Below are positions 49,498 to 60,740 of a stretch of 64,000 bases of DNA, piece by piece. The position numbers and the translations under genes are program-made. The stretch covers positions 62,001 to 126,000 of the forward strand of contig JAUCBJ010007900.1 of the NCBI GenBank assembly GCA_032718475.1, read 5' to 3'. The notes below the pieces were generated by a model. It was not told where the DNA came from and did no database searches. It saw only the letters and a list, made by a program, of their open reading frames with translations. Source of the stretch: Nemertoderma westbladi. Taxonomy: Eukaryota > Animalia > Xenacoelomorpha. Position 1 is the stretch's first letter, and every line of letters begins with the position of its first letter.

Positions 49498-52400
49498 ATG
49501 CCCCGAGACCTAAACACAACCGTAACCGCCTGTCATTTCTGTTTTTCTACTGTTTTTGATAACAAACGTTTTACATGTTCTGCTTGTAAGCTGCACTATC
49601 ATTATCAATGTGGCACTTGCTTGACCGCTGCTGAGCTTGATACTCTATTAAAATCAGCTCACTACCATGGAATATTTTGTATATCGTGCTTCTTAGATAT
49701 TTTTCCCTTCGTATCAGTCACGCAAGACGACCTTGACATATTTAACTCTTCTGAAGATGAAACTTATAATATAGATGAAAATTTTTCTGTTGGTGAAGTC
49801 TTTCGTGACTTAGACCCGGATATTAATTTAATTGATAACACTTTATTAGGGGGTTATTACTCGGAACCAAAATTCGACAATGAATTTCTTACGCCAAATT
49901 TTAAGAATCCCTTAGCAGTCTTCCATTTAAATTGCCGAAGCCTAGTAAAAAACTTTTCATCTATATTAGGGTACCTAGAATCCATCGAAAAAAAGTTTGA
50001 AATTTTGACTTTTACGGAATCATTTATTTCCGATGAAGTTTCATTAGAACCTCTGAGAATTGACGGCTACGAAGGTCCGATTACAGATAATAGGAAATAT
50101 GGTAAAAAATTAAAGAGAGGTGGTACTGCAATTTATATTTCCGATAAACTTAATTGTATACAAAGAGATGATTTGAAAATCAATGGTTTGGAATCTGTTT
50201 GGCTTGAAATTGAGAGACCAAAAAATAAAAAAAAACTAATTGTGGGAACAATCTATAGGCCTGAATCTTATCCAACTGCTGAGTTCATTTCGGTTTTGGG
50301 GACGCAACTGGAAATACTTTCAAATAAAAATTATGATACAATTATAACCGGAGATTTTAACATAGATCTAATTAGAACATCTTCCAAATCAGCTGATTAT
50401 TTAAATACCATAACGTCTCATGGTTTCTCACAAATAATTGATGTACCTACTAGGGTAACCGAATTCTCAAAATCGATCATAGATCATATTTTTCATAATA
50501 TTACTGATGCCGTCTGTAATTCAGGTGTTTTCCTTTCAAGAATTGGTTCCGGGGACCATTTCCCAACTTTCATACTATTTTCTGAATTTAGTACTTATTT
50601 CCGTGAGCCTGAAGTTAAATACGTTTTTGACTACTCAAAATTTAACGCCGATGAATTTTTAGGCGAGATTAATGAAAATAAATCTTGGTCATACTGGGAT
50701 GCAGAAGACAAGGACAAATTTAAAAATTTCTATAATAAATTTGAAAACATATGTGAAAATCATCTGCCAAAAAAAATTCAGACAAAGAAATACACCTCGC
50801 GTCGTCCGTGGATAACTCATTCTTTAATAAAATGTTCTATAAAAAAAAATAAGCTGTATGCTCGGTATATCTCAAAACCCACGGATTAGAATTTAAATAA
50901 ATATAAAACATACAGAAACATATGCACAAAATTATACAGGGAAGCTGAAAAAAATTTCTATGTCAATCAGTTTGAAGAAAATAAATCGAACATGAGGAAA
51001 ACATGGCAGACTATAAATGGTGCGCTGAGTCGCAATAGGAAGACCAAAATTCCCAACAAAATAAAATCAAATTGTACTGCATCGAAACCTATATTTTTAG
51101 AAACTGAAAGTGAAATCGCAAAGGAGTTCAATGAGTTTTTTTCAACGATAGGTAAAAATTTAGCTGACAATATAGTTCCCTCTAATAGGTCCCATACTAG
51201 ATTTATTCAAAATAAGCACCATCAGTCCTTTCAATTAATCGAGACCTCGCCGGTTGAGGTCGAATATCTTATGTTACAACTCAATGACTCATCTGCAATT
51301 AATGATACGTTCCCAATTAAATTAATAAAACTTGCGGCGAAGCCCCTCTCGATACACTTAAATTACCTCTTCAACTTGAGTATATCTAGAGGCTTTTTTC
51401 CTGACATTCTAAAATGTGCTAAAGTTTTCCCCATATATAAAGGAGGTGACCCCATGGATACATCTAATTATCGCCCAATCAGCGTCCTTCCCGTATTCAG
51501 TAAAATACTAGAGAAAATTATGAATTCTCAACTGCAGTCATACCTAGATAATTTTTTAATTTTTAACAAAAATCAATTTGGTTTTCGTAAAAAAATTACT
51601 ACCAGCCACGCGATATTAAATATTGTTGAAAGAATACGCGAAGCACTGGACGATAATTATAATGCGTGTGTAGTGTTCCTAGACCTTAAGAAGGCTTTTG
51701 ACTGTCTGGACCACGAAATTTTAATAAATAAAATGAGCGGATACGGAATTAGAGGGATACCGCTAAATTTTTTCAGAGATTATCTCCAAAATAGAGTGCA
51801 GTCAGTCTCATTGGGGAATACGTTATCTGATCCCTGTCCTATTGTCTGTGGGGTCCCCCAGGGCAGTATTTTGGGTCCGGTTTTGTTTTTAATTTATATA
51901 AATGACCTCCCTAATGCGACTAACTTATATACAACATTATTTGCAGATGACACTAGCCTCTTAAAATTTTCTAAAGATGCTGGTAGTATTTTTGTAAATG
52001 GTTTTAACCTTGAACTCGATAAAATTTCAAAATGGCTACAAGATAATAAGCTATCAATCAACCTAAAAAAAACAGAATATACAATTTACACAAATAGAAC
52101 AAATCTAGGCCCCGTGCCACATGTAAAATTTAAAGACAACATACTAAAAGAAGTGAAATCTGTCAAATACCTGGGACTAAATATCGATAATAAATTAAAA
52201 TGGGACACACATATTTCCTTTCTTCTAAAAAAATTGTCTAGGGTATCTGGTATATTTTATAAATTACGATATATTTTCCCCCTAAATATCCTTCGTACCT
52301 TGTATTTCGCTCTTATCCATCCTTATTTAACCTACGCCATCTCAATTTGGGGAAGCTGTAACGCTACATTGATGAAAAAGGTCAGAGTTAAAATAAATAA

Positions 52401-52788
52401 AGTTCTTAGGGCGATAACTTTTAGCCATTTCCGTAGTTCTCTGACCTATTATAAGCGACTCAATATACTTCCTGTTGAAGAAATCTACAAACTAGAAATA
52501 TGTAAACTTATGTACGATGTTTTTTATGTAGATAAAAATAAATATTTATCAGAAGTTGGTATCTTTTCAACGTATTTTAAAAAAGTAAGCTCAATCCACT
52601 CACACAACACCCGTGGCTCTAATGCCGGGTGTTTCTTTATCCCATCAACGAGACTACTCATAGCGCAGAATTCCCTCAAATATAAGGGTCCCGTTTTATG
52701 GAATAAGTTGCCCCAAAACATTAGAGAAGTCAATAATAAAATCATATTCTCAAAGTATCTGAAAAAGTACCTCCTGGGGGCCCTATAA
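49498..52788 (+). pseudogene. LINE ORF2 (PHD finger + APE endonuclease + reverse transcriptase) with one in-frame TAG at 50887-50889
   Basis: PHD C4HC3 (CHFC..CSAC..HYQC..CISC); APE motifs HLNCRSL, TES, RGGTAIYI, IYRP, GDFNID, PTR, IDHIF, DHFP; RT motifs NYRPIS, QFGFR, FLDLKKAFD, GVPQGSILGP, FADDT, KYLG. The two listed ORFs are in the same frame, 34 codons apart. Confidence 0.93.
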
Positions 52789-52802
52789 ATTAAGTACCAA
52801 GT

Positions 52803-53295
52803 GGTTCCTACCCATGCGCGGGGTCACGCTTTCCATCCATTTTTGGTTCTTTTTATTTTCGGTAAATATGGAATATTCATTACCGAATACGCTGTCCCAC
52901 CCCTCTTTACTTTATCCTATTTCCGGAAATATAATTTTCCGGAAATATTAATTGCAGAGCTACTTGGACCTACACGGGCGCGGGGTCACACTTTCCATCT
53001 CTTTATAGTTCTTTTTTATATTTTTAATTTTTTTTATTTTCCGGAAATTTAAATTACCAAACACGCTGTGCCACACCACTATATTTTATCATATTTTCCG
53101 GAAATATAAATTGCAGAGCCACTTGGACCTACCCGGGCGCGGGGTCACGCTTTCCAACTCTTTTTAGTTCTTTTTTAATTTTTCCTGAAATATAAATTAC
53201 CGAACACGCTGTCCCAACCCACTTTTTCTTATCTTATTTCCCGGGAATATAAATTGCAAGGCAACCTGGACCTTCCCGGGCGCGGGGTCACGCAG
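52803..53295 (+). repeat. Four ~145-160 bp tandem units in the LINE 3' UTR
   Basis: ggacctacccgggcgcggggtcacgctttcc-type motif at ~52803, 52966, 53125 and 53268, with shared intervening blocks (ccggaaatataaatt, acgctgtccca). Confidence 0.85.
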
Positions 53296-53819
53296 TGCTA
53301 GTGTTAGGTAATAATTAAATAATATAACGCCCTCTGTATAGCGCAGCTTTCAATAATTTAAATAATGTTAATGTTCAGTATGTTAATATCCACTAGCTAA
53401 TATGCTAATGTATTATCAAACCTCAACTTATTAATTTAAATTATACAAAATTTTAGAAATGGCAGGCTACCAACTTCCCCCCCCCCCCCCTTCCCCCAAC
53501 GTCCCATACCGTCCCATTACTAGTGCAAATGAATAAACATATCAGAAAACTCTAAATTATGAGTACACAATCTTTTGTCACAATTGTGACATCACCCCCC
53601 CCCCCCCTCCCTCCCCCACCTCCGGTAGTTAGCGTCTACTAGCTTTGCTATTAGCTAGCTTACCGTTTCCTCATTCTTACCTATTCCACCCTAACACTCG
53701 ATCCCTATTCTCAATATTTTACTGAATAAATGAATTGGTGTTGGGTGTTATTTTGGATAATTTGCTATATTTAAAACAAGGAATTAAATAAATATTATTG
53801 ATTATTATTATTATTACAG

Positions 53820-56800
53820 TAACTCATTCGTATTGGCTGAAACATATCCAATAGAAATACAATATATCTTACTGCAATTATGCGACACTTCGACTAATGA
53901 CAAATTCCCTATACAATAGGGAATTTTAGGTCGATATACTATATCCCTTTCTCATAATCTCTGTAAATTAGTTAACATATCTACAGACTGTTTAAAAATA
54001 GCTAGGGTAGTTCCTGTTTATAAAGGTGGCAGCCCTTTGGACACAAACAACTACATATAGGCTTTGCTTTATTGGCTGTTTTTAGTAAGGATTTTCGAAC
54101 GTGTCATTTATAGGCTACTCAAATTATAGGATACATTGAACCAGGGGCGGATCCAGAGGTCACCGAGCCGGGGGGGCATAAATCAGGGGCGAGCAAAATT
54201 CCAAAAATATGCTCCATAAGTTGACTTGTCCGGTGGAGAGGGGGGGGGGTGGTGGGGGGGGGGGGGGGAGACTGAACGCAATAAAAAAATACCCATTGTG
54301 TATCAAGTACGACTAACTTCTCGGATAGGACAAAGTTTTGACTAGCCCAATACTGCAATATCTGGATGAAGAAGCGTCGGAATGATGAAGCCCTTTCTCT
54401 TACCAAGGGTGGCGCTGGGTGAGGTGGTCGATACTGAATATCTTCCATGATTGTGTTCAGATTAGAATTAATACCTTCATTTCCACATCTTCAACAATAT
54501 CTATTTCAGATGCAGGTGAAAAGAAATCAGTTACTTTCCTCTTTTTCGCTGGATTTGATGGATCCATAACACAGTAACAGCCGTGCCGTACCACAGCATG
54601 CAATGCAGATATGTGCAATAAAACTTTTAGACTACTATTGTAATTTTAAAAAATGTTTGAATAAATATTTGAACGCAAACTGTAGTTTATAATTTACACA
54701 CACAATTGGGAATACTACAGTACTATTCTGTAGTAATGATACAGCACCCTTGCATAATATTATATTGGCCTAAATTTATATTAGAGCTGTATAGCACCAT
54801 TTGATGTTAAGTTCCTTGACCTGTTGACCAATCATCTTCGAGCTATCTTCTGATTACTCATGGCATTAAACCTGTCTGACTGCAGTACACATTACTACCT
54901 GCATAGTTCCTTGTGACCAGGCCAGCCCAGTGCCAGGAGGCCACGGCCTCCTGTGTGTGGGTTAGTTGGCTGTCTAATTTCTTGGGAAGACTTTAGTAAA
55001 TTTCGGGGAATTCCATTCCACAGCAGATAATTGGTTTTACATGCTGGGGCGGCCTAAGCTAAGAGCCATTACACATGCTATTGTATACCTTTACTTTGTT
55101 AGTGGTCTGTCGCTGTCGGAATACAAGGCACCCCAAGCTAATATACAGCAAATAGCACAGAGCCCACTGACTCCTGTACTCCCTATGACATAATTAGTTG
55201 TGACTCGAATCAATTACTTCTCCTTACAAGAGAGCAATGTATTTCCCATTTGTGGCCAGCCAGAAGGCCACAACTGATATAATACTGCCAAGGGATATTT
55301 TCATATTACCCCCCACCCCCCCCCCCCCCCCATCCCCAAGGATCTTGGCCCTAGCTCTTAGCCAGCCAGGTTACAATGCGAAGCTTTCAGTTTAGAAAAA
55401 TGCCTTTGTTTCAGAAAATTTGGAATGTGGATCTTTAATATTTTTATTATTTATTTTTTCACTTCAAATGGAAGGGGTTTTTCAGTATGCTTTCTCATTT
55501 TCCTAGGGGGTGGCTATAGCCACATGGCCACCACCCTCGGTACGCTAGTGCTTACAGTCATAGTTCAAAAATTGCCGGGGGGGCATGTGCCCCCCCGTGC
55601 CCCCCTCTGGATCCGCCCCTGTGAACGATATAATATTCCCACCAATCAACAATATGGATTCCGGGAAAATCGTACTACTCTAGCCTCGGGTTCCTCTGCA
55701 TGTGTAGTATACATAGACATGAAGAAAGCATTCGACACGTTAGACCAACAAGTGTTTATTAAAAAATTAAGTTGTTACGGTATGAGCGGGCTTCCACTTA
55801 ATCTTGTAACTAACTATCTCCACAATCGTAAACAATTCGTTACTATAGGAAACCAAAAATCAAGTAGCATGGATATCACCTGCGGTATCCCCCAGGGTAG
55901 TCTATTAGGCCCGCTGCTATTTCAATTATATATTAATGACCTACCTAGTGCAGTATATGTATTTACCACCTTATTTGCCGACGATACGTCCTTGTTACAC
56001 AGTTCTAAAAATATTCATATTCTTTTAACCACAATTAATTTAAATCTAAGTAATTTAAGCGATTGGCTTATTGATAACAGATTGTCCTTGAATATAACAA
56101 AAACTGAATGTTGTATATTTACTAATAATAAATCTGTAGAAAATGATATAATTCCTTACCTAAAGTCAAAATTAGAGATACACAAATTAAATTAGTTAAC
56201 ACTGCGAAATACCTGGGAATTTATATTGATAATAAATTAAATTGGAAGTCCCATACAAATATCATATTAAAGAAAATCTCTAAAACCTCAGGCATATTAT
56301 ATAAAATTAGGCAGATTTTTCCCCTCCATATCCTACGTATCATTTACTTTGCTTTAATACACCCATATTTACAGTACGGTTTGATATTATGGGGGAAATA
56401 ATCGAGCTCAGTTATAAAACCACTAAAGGTCAAAGTAAATAAATTATGAGAACCATTACGTTCAGTAACTATCGGGCCTCGGCTGGACCTACTTATAAAC
56501 ACTTAAAAATTCTCCCCATCGATAAACTATACACTCTTGAAGTAGCAAAACTAATGTACGCCATGCACATTGGTGATCGAACACAAGTTCATCTTTTCCT
56601 CTCAAAGATCTACAGTATTTAAAAGTCCCACATATATTCAGACTCATCGTACACGTTCTGCTACCTCAGGTGGATTCTTTATTCTTCGTTACAATCTAAT
56701 TGTAGGACAAAATTCAATATCATATCAAGGCCCGATAGTCTGGAATTCCATAAGCCAGGATATTCGTAAGCTGCCCAATAAAAAACTATTCATAAAAGCA

Positions 56801-56854
56801 CTAAAAAAGCAGTTTATCAGGAGGTATGTTAAAAATTCACTAGGATATTATTAA
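53820..56854 (+). mobile_element. Second, older 5'-truncated LINE of the same group (degenerate RT), interrupted by a hAT element
   Basis: NSFVLAETYPIEIQYILLQL.. parallels QSFQLIETSPVEVEYLMLQL of the first LINE; QYGFR, IDMKKAFD, GIPQGSLLGP, FADDT, KYLG and GPIVWNSI are present with frameshifts and stops. Confidence 0.88.
54142..55621 (-). mobile_element. Non-autonomous hAT element with 5-bp TSD (hAT5-like)
   Basis: TIRs caggggcggatccagagg / cctctggatccgcccctg; TSD tgaac (54137-54141, 55622-55626); removal restores LINE codons YIERYNI; decayed transposase start MDPSNPAKKRKVTDFFS on - strand near 54567. Confidence 0.85.
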
Positions 56855-57069
56855 TGTTGATGTTATGTTAACATTAACATTAATACTGATTGGATTTTTT
56901 TTTATTAATGTTAAAATTGTTGATAGGGTCACGCTGAGTTCCAATGGGGTTCTGCTTGAGTCCCAATGGGGTTCTCGGATTTGATTGAGTCCCATAGGGG
57001 TTCTGCCTTGTTTTACATCCAGGGCGCGGGGACACGCTGAGTCCCATATGGGTTCTGCCTTGTTCTACA

Positions 57070-59006
57070 GGGTATTGCCTGATAACTTTATAGAAGTAAA
57101 AGTGTCTGAGTCTGTACTCCCAGATATTCCCATTGGCAATATCTCCTTTGAATGGGAGAATCTTTTAGGCTCGTTAAGCCAAGGAATGCCTGTTCACCGC
57201 CATGGGTGATCTTCCACAGGAAACCCTTCCACTCTGTTTCCCAAGTTGCCTTGGTTCCCATTTATCGACCACTGAAGGATGAAAGCCGGGGTTGGGCTAG
57301 GCTGCAGCATTTAAAGCACTGTGCCCAAACAGTGCTGCCCCATCTAGGGATCGAACCCGGGCTCCCTAATCGGAAGCACAGTAATGTCACCACTAGACCA
57401 GGCGGCTGCGATATCTCCTTTGCAGACGTGAAGGCTGCTGCAAAGAGCATTAAGACCAATCGTGCCAGTGGAGTAAATGGTGTTCCCCCTGAGGTCTTTA
57501 AAATACCTGAGTGTTTAAAGCTCATCTATCCCATCATAGTAGACATGTACCGAACAACAAGAGTCCCACAAGAAATGAAAACAAATGAGTTGGTGCCAGT
57601 TCCCAAGAAGGGCAACCTAACACTCTATGGTTCTTTTCGGAGAATCTCATTGATCTCGATTGCTGCAAAGCTATACAATAGGATTCTATTAAATCGCATC
57701 AGGGATCCCATTGAGAGACTGCTCCGTGGAAATCAGAATGGGTTCCGTAAAGGTCGTGGGACCATGGAGCCCATTTTGGCACTTAGAAGGATAATTGAAG
57801 AATTATCAAAAAAGAAAGACAGGCATCTGGCTGTTATCTTTGTTGACTTCTTCAAGGCCTTTGATTCAGTCTCTCGCTCACGTATGTTCAGCATACTTTC
57901 ATTATATGGGATTCCTGATGAAATTAGTGCAGCAATCAGATCAGTATACGATGGTTCGACAACATTTGTGTATACTGTTGACGGTGACACAGAACCATTT
58001 GAAGTGTTATGGGGCGTCCTCCAAGGAGACACACTTGCACCATTCGTGTTCATTATTGTGGTTGACTATGTTCTACGCATGTCCTTAGATTATCATAATG
58101 ATGATGGGGTAATGATAACTCCACCTACTGGCTCCAGAAGTCGAGGAAATCCTGCCAAGTACCTAACTGATCTAGACTTTGCTGATGACTTAGGAGTACT
58201 CTCAGAATCATTAGAGGGAGCCCAACGGCTCCTCAGCTCATTAGAACATGCTGCTTCTAGTGTTGGTCTTTTTATTAACTCCAGAAAGAAACAAATTTTG
58301 ACAGTTAACTTTGAAAGTCCTCAGCAAGTCTCTGATCGGATGAGCATAAGCTCAAAGGATGGTATGCTTGAGCATGTGGACGACTTCTGTTACCTGGGAT
58401 CATGGATCCGGAAGTCAGGTGAGGACCTTCGAATACGTAAGGGAAAGGCATGGGCAGCCTTGAATAGGCTTTCCAGGATTTGGAAGTCACCGAGAATTAA
58501 TCGGAAACTTAAGGTCCGATTATTTAGAGCAGCAGTAGTTCCAGTACTCCTCTACGGGAGTCCATGCTGGGCTCTAACTGCTGAGGACACCAAATCTCTG
58601 GATGGCACATTCACAAGAATGCTACGCCGGTTCATTGTGTCAAGTACAATGCACACATCTCCAACCAGACACTATATAACATTGGAGGTGTCTCATTGGT
58701 TCCCCCAAGCTTGACACTAGAACAAAATCGCCTCCGTTTTGCCGGACATTGCTTTCGCCGTGAGGACCAGCCAGTGCATAATCTTGTACTTTGGCAGCCT
58801 CATGGAGTGAATAAGCATGGTTGACAGCCCATGACTTTCTTGAGACGCATCTTAAAGGACACTGGCCTTGAAGATGCGGATGATCTAGCAAATGTCATGG
58901 GTGGTAGGGAGTTGTGGCGGTGCAATTTTGTTGACAAGCTGGCACAGCATTCTTAAAAATGCAGCTGCAATGCAGCATGCCGATCCTAGTAGTAGTAGTA
59001 GTAGTA
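57070..59006 (+). mobile_element. 5'-truncated RTE-clade LINE with (TAG)n tail
   Basis: RT motifs PVPKKG, QNGFRKGRGT, FVDFFKAFDSV, GVLQGDTLAP, LDFADDL, FCYLGS; frameshift near 58630, natural stop ~58954; (tag)7 tail; ~31-nt flanking duplication 57039-57069 / 59007-59037. Confidence 0.92.
57151..57410 (-). mobile_element. tRNA-derived SINE with Deu/Nin-like central domain, inserted in the RTE
   Basis: On - strand: A box TGGTCTAGTGG and B box GGTTCGATCCC, then ggctttcatccttcagtggtcgataaatggg resembling the Deu/Nin core; perfect 12-bp TSD atatctcctttg (57139-57150, 57411-57422); excision restores RTE peptide IPIGNISFADVK. Confidence 0.88.
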
Positions 59007-60644
59007 GAGTCCCATAGGGGTTCTGCCTTGTTTTACATCCCGGGCGCGGCGTCACGCTGAGTCCCATAGGGGTTCTGCCTTGTTTTACATCCTGGGCTAG
59101 GCGTCACACTGAGTCCCATAGGGGTTCTGCCTTGTTTTACATCCCGGGCGCGGGGACACACTGAGTCCTATAGGGGTTCTGCCTTGTTTTACATCCCGGG
59201 CTAGGGATCACACTGAGTCCCATAGGGGTTCTGCCTTGTTTTACATCCCGTGCGTGGGGTCACACTGAGTCCCATAGGGGTTCTGCCTTGTTTTACATCA
59301 AGGGCGCGGGGACACACTGAGTCCTATAGGGGTTCTGCCTTGTTTTACATCCCGTGCGTGGGGTCACACTGAGTCCCATAGGGGTTCTGCCTTGTTTTAC
59401 ATCCCGGGCGCGGGGACACGCTGAGTCCCATAGGGGTTCTGCCTTGTTTTACATCCTGGGCTAGGCGTCACACTGAGTCCCATAGGGGTTCTGCCTTGTT
59501 TTACATCCCGGGCGCGGGGACACACTGAGTCCTATAGGGGTTCTGCCTTGTTTTACATCCCGGGCGTAGGGGTCACACTGAGTCCCATAGGGGTTCTGCC
59601 TTGTTTTACATCCCGGGCGCGGGGACACACTGAGTCCTATAGGGGTTCTGCCTTGTTTTACATCCCGGGCGCGGGGACACACTGAGTCCTATAGGGGTTC
59701 TGCCTTGTTTTACATCCCGGGCTAGGGATCACACTGAGTCCCATAGGGGTTCTGCCTTGTTTTACATCCCGTGCGCGGGGTCACAGCTGAGTCCCATAGG
59801 GGTTCTGCCTTGTTTTACATCCCGGGCGCGGGGTTAAGCTGAGTCCAAAATAGGATCTGTTTTTAAAAAATACCAGATAAAAATATTCCACATAAAATTA
59901 TTTAAAATAATCATTCTCTCAACTTTAACCATCATCACTTGGATCATATCTGTGACGCTCAATTAATAACTTTCTATATAATCAAAATTAGTCTATCCCT
60001 CTTTAACTTGAAAGCAGTTAATATTTATCACTAGAGTTCTAATTATTCCTCCGCATGTTATACAGAAAATACTACTTTATATAATGTAAATGCGTTTTTA
60101 TTAATATTCATATTACAGTACCATGTTACATTGCGTTATTTTATATGCGCAAGTATATGCGCATGGTGACTGCGATCCACTAGCTAGGGTAGCTTTCGAG
60201 TTGTTCTACACGCTACACGCGGTCTCCAGTCCTCAGAGAACAGTATATATTATTCAAAATTACTTTGTTCTTAATTATTTATCTTTGTAATATTAGGTCA
60301 ATATATTTAAAGTGCAATAATTTAATTGTTATAGATGAGGAAAATAGAAATTATTATAAGTTATCAGTTATCCTCGCCGCACATTATCTGCGGCGAGGTG
60401 AGGTGACCAGCACCCCTAACTGCCTAATTAAAAATAGTAAAAACCATTTTTAAATCAAAAATATTTATTTGTACTTCAAGAGGTTGCAGGTCAGCATCAG
60501 CAGGTGCAGCTTCAAGAAACCTAACTCTCAATGTAACTAACTGCTTTGGCCTAACACACAGCGCGAAAAAAGGCGGCAGGTGAAATATCGGTGGATCCGT
60601 TCAAATTAATCAATACTTCCTACAGTAGCAGGAAGGGTTAGGAA

Positions 60645-60740
60645 GCGACAGTCAGACAGTAGGCCTACATCTCAGAGCGACAGTCAGACAGTAGGCCTAC
60701 ATCTCAGAGCGACAGTCAGACAGTAGGCCTACATCTCAGA
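60645..60740. repeat. 32-bp tandem triplication
   Basis: gcgacagtcagacagtaggcctacatctcaga x3. Confidence 0.9.

Larger units (their letters stand above)
49230..53816 (+). mobile_element. Near-intact LINE of the CR1/L2/Crack group: single PHD-EN-RT ORF, long repetitive 3' UTR, (ATT)n tail
   Basis: See the ORF feature below; 3' end aataaa...attattattattatt at ~53788-53816; 5' boundary approximate; no TSD identified. Confidence 0.85.
56925..59850 (+). repeat. 52-bp tandem array in the 3' region of the second LINE (56925-57069 and 59007-59850), split by an RTE insertion
   Basis: Unit gagtcccataggggttctgccttgttttacatcccgggcgcggggtcacact, ~16 copies on the right side. Confidence 0.93.

Noticed and set aside
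55425-55621. Hydrophobic N-terminus apparently fused to an RT domain
   Set aside because: It is the right end of the inserted hAT element read into the LINE frame.
57152-57410. Novel N-terminal domain on the RTE reverse transcriptase
   Set aside because: It is the antisense SINE insertion bounded by a 12-bp TSD.
57340-57410. tRNA gene
   Set aside because: A and B boxes belong to the SINE head; no complete cloverleaf or Pol III terminator follows.
60372-60398. Perfect 10-bp hairpin cctcgccgca/tgcggcgagg as a terminator or Helitron end
   Set aside because: Eukaryotic context, no U-tract, no CTRR terminus and no partner end found.
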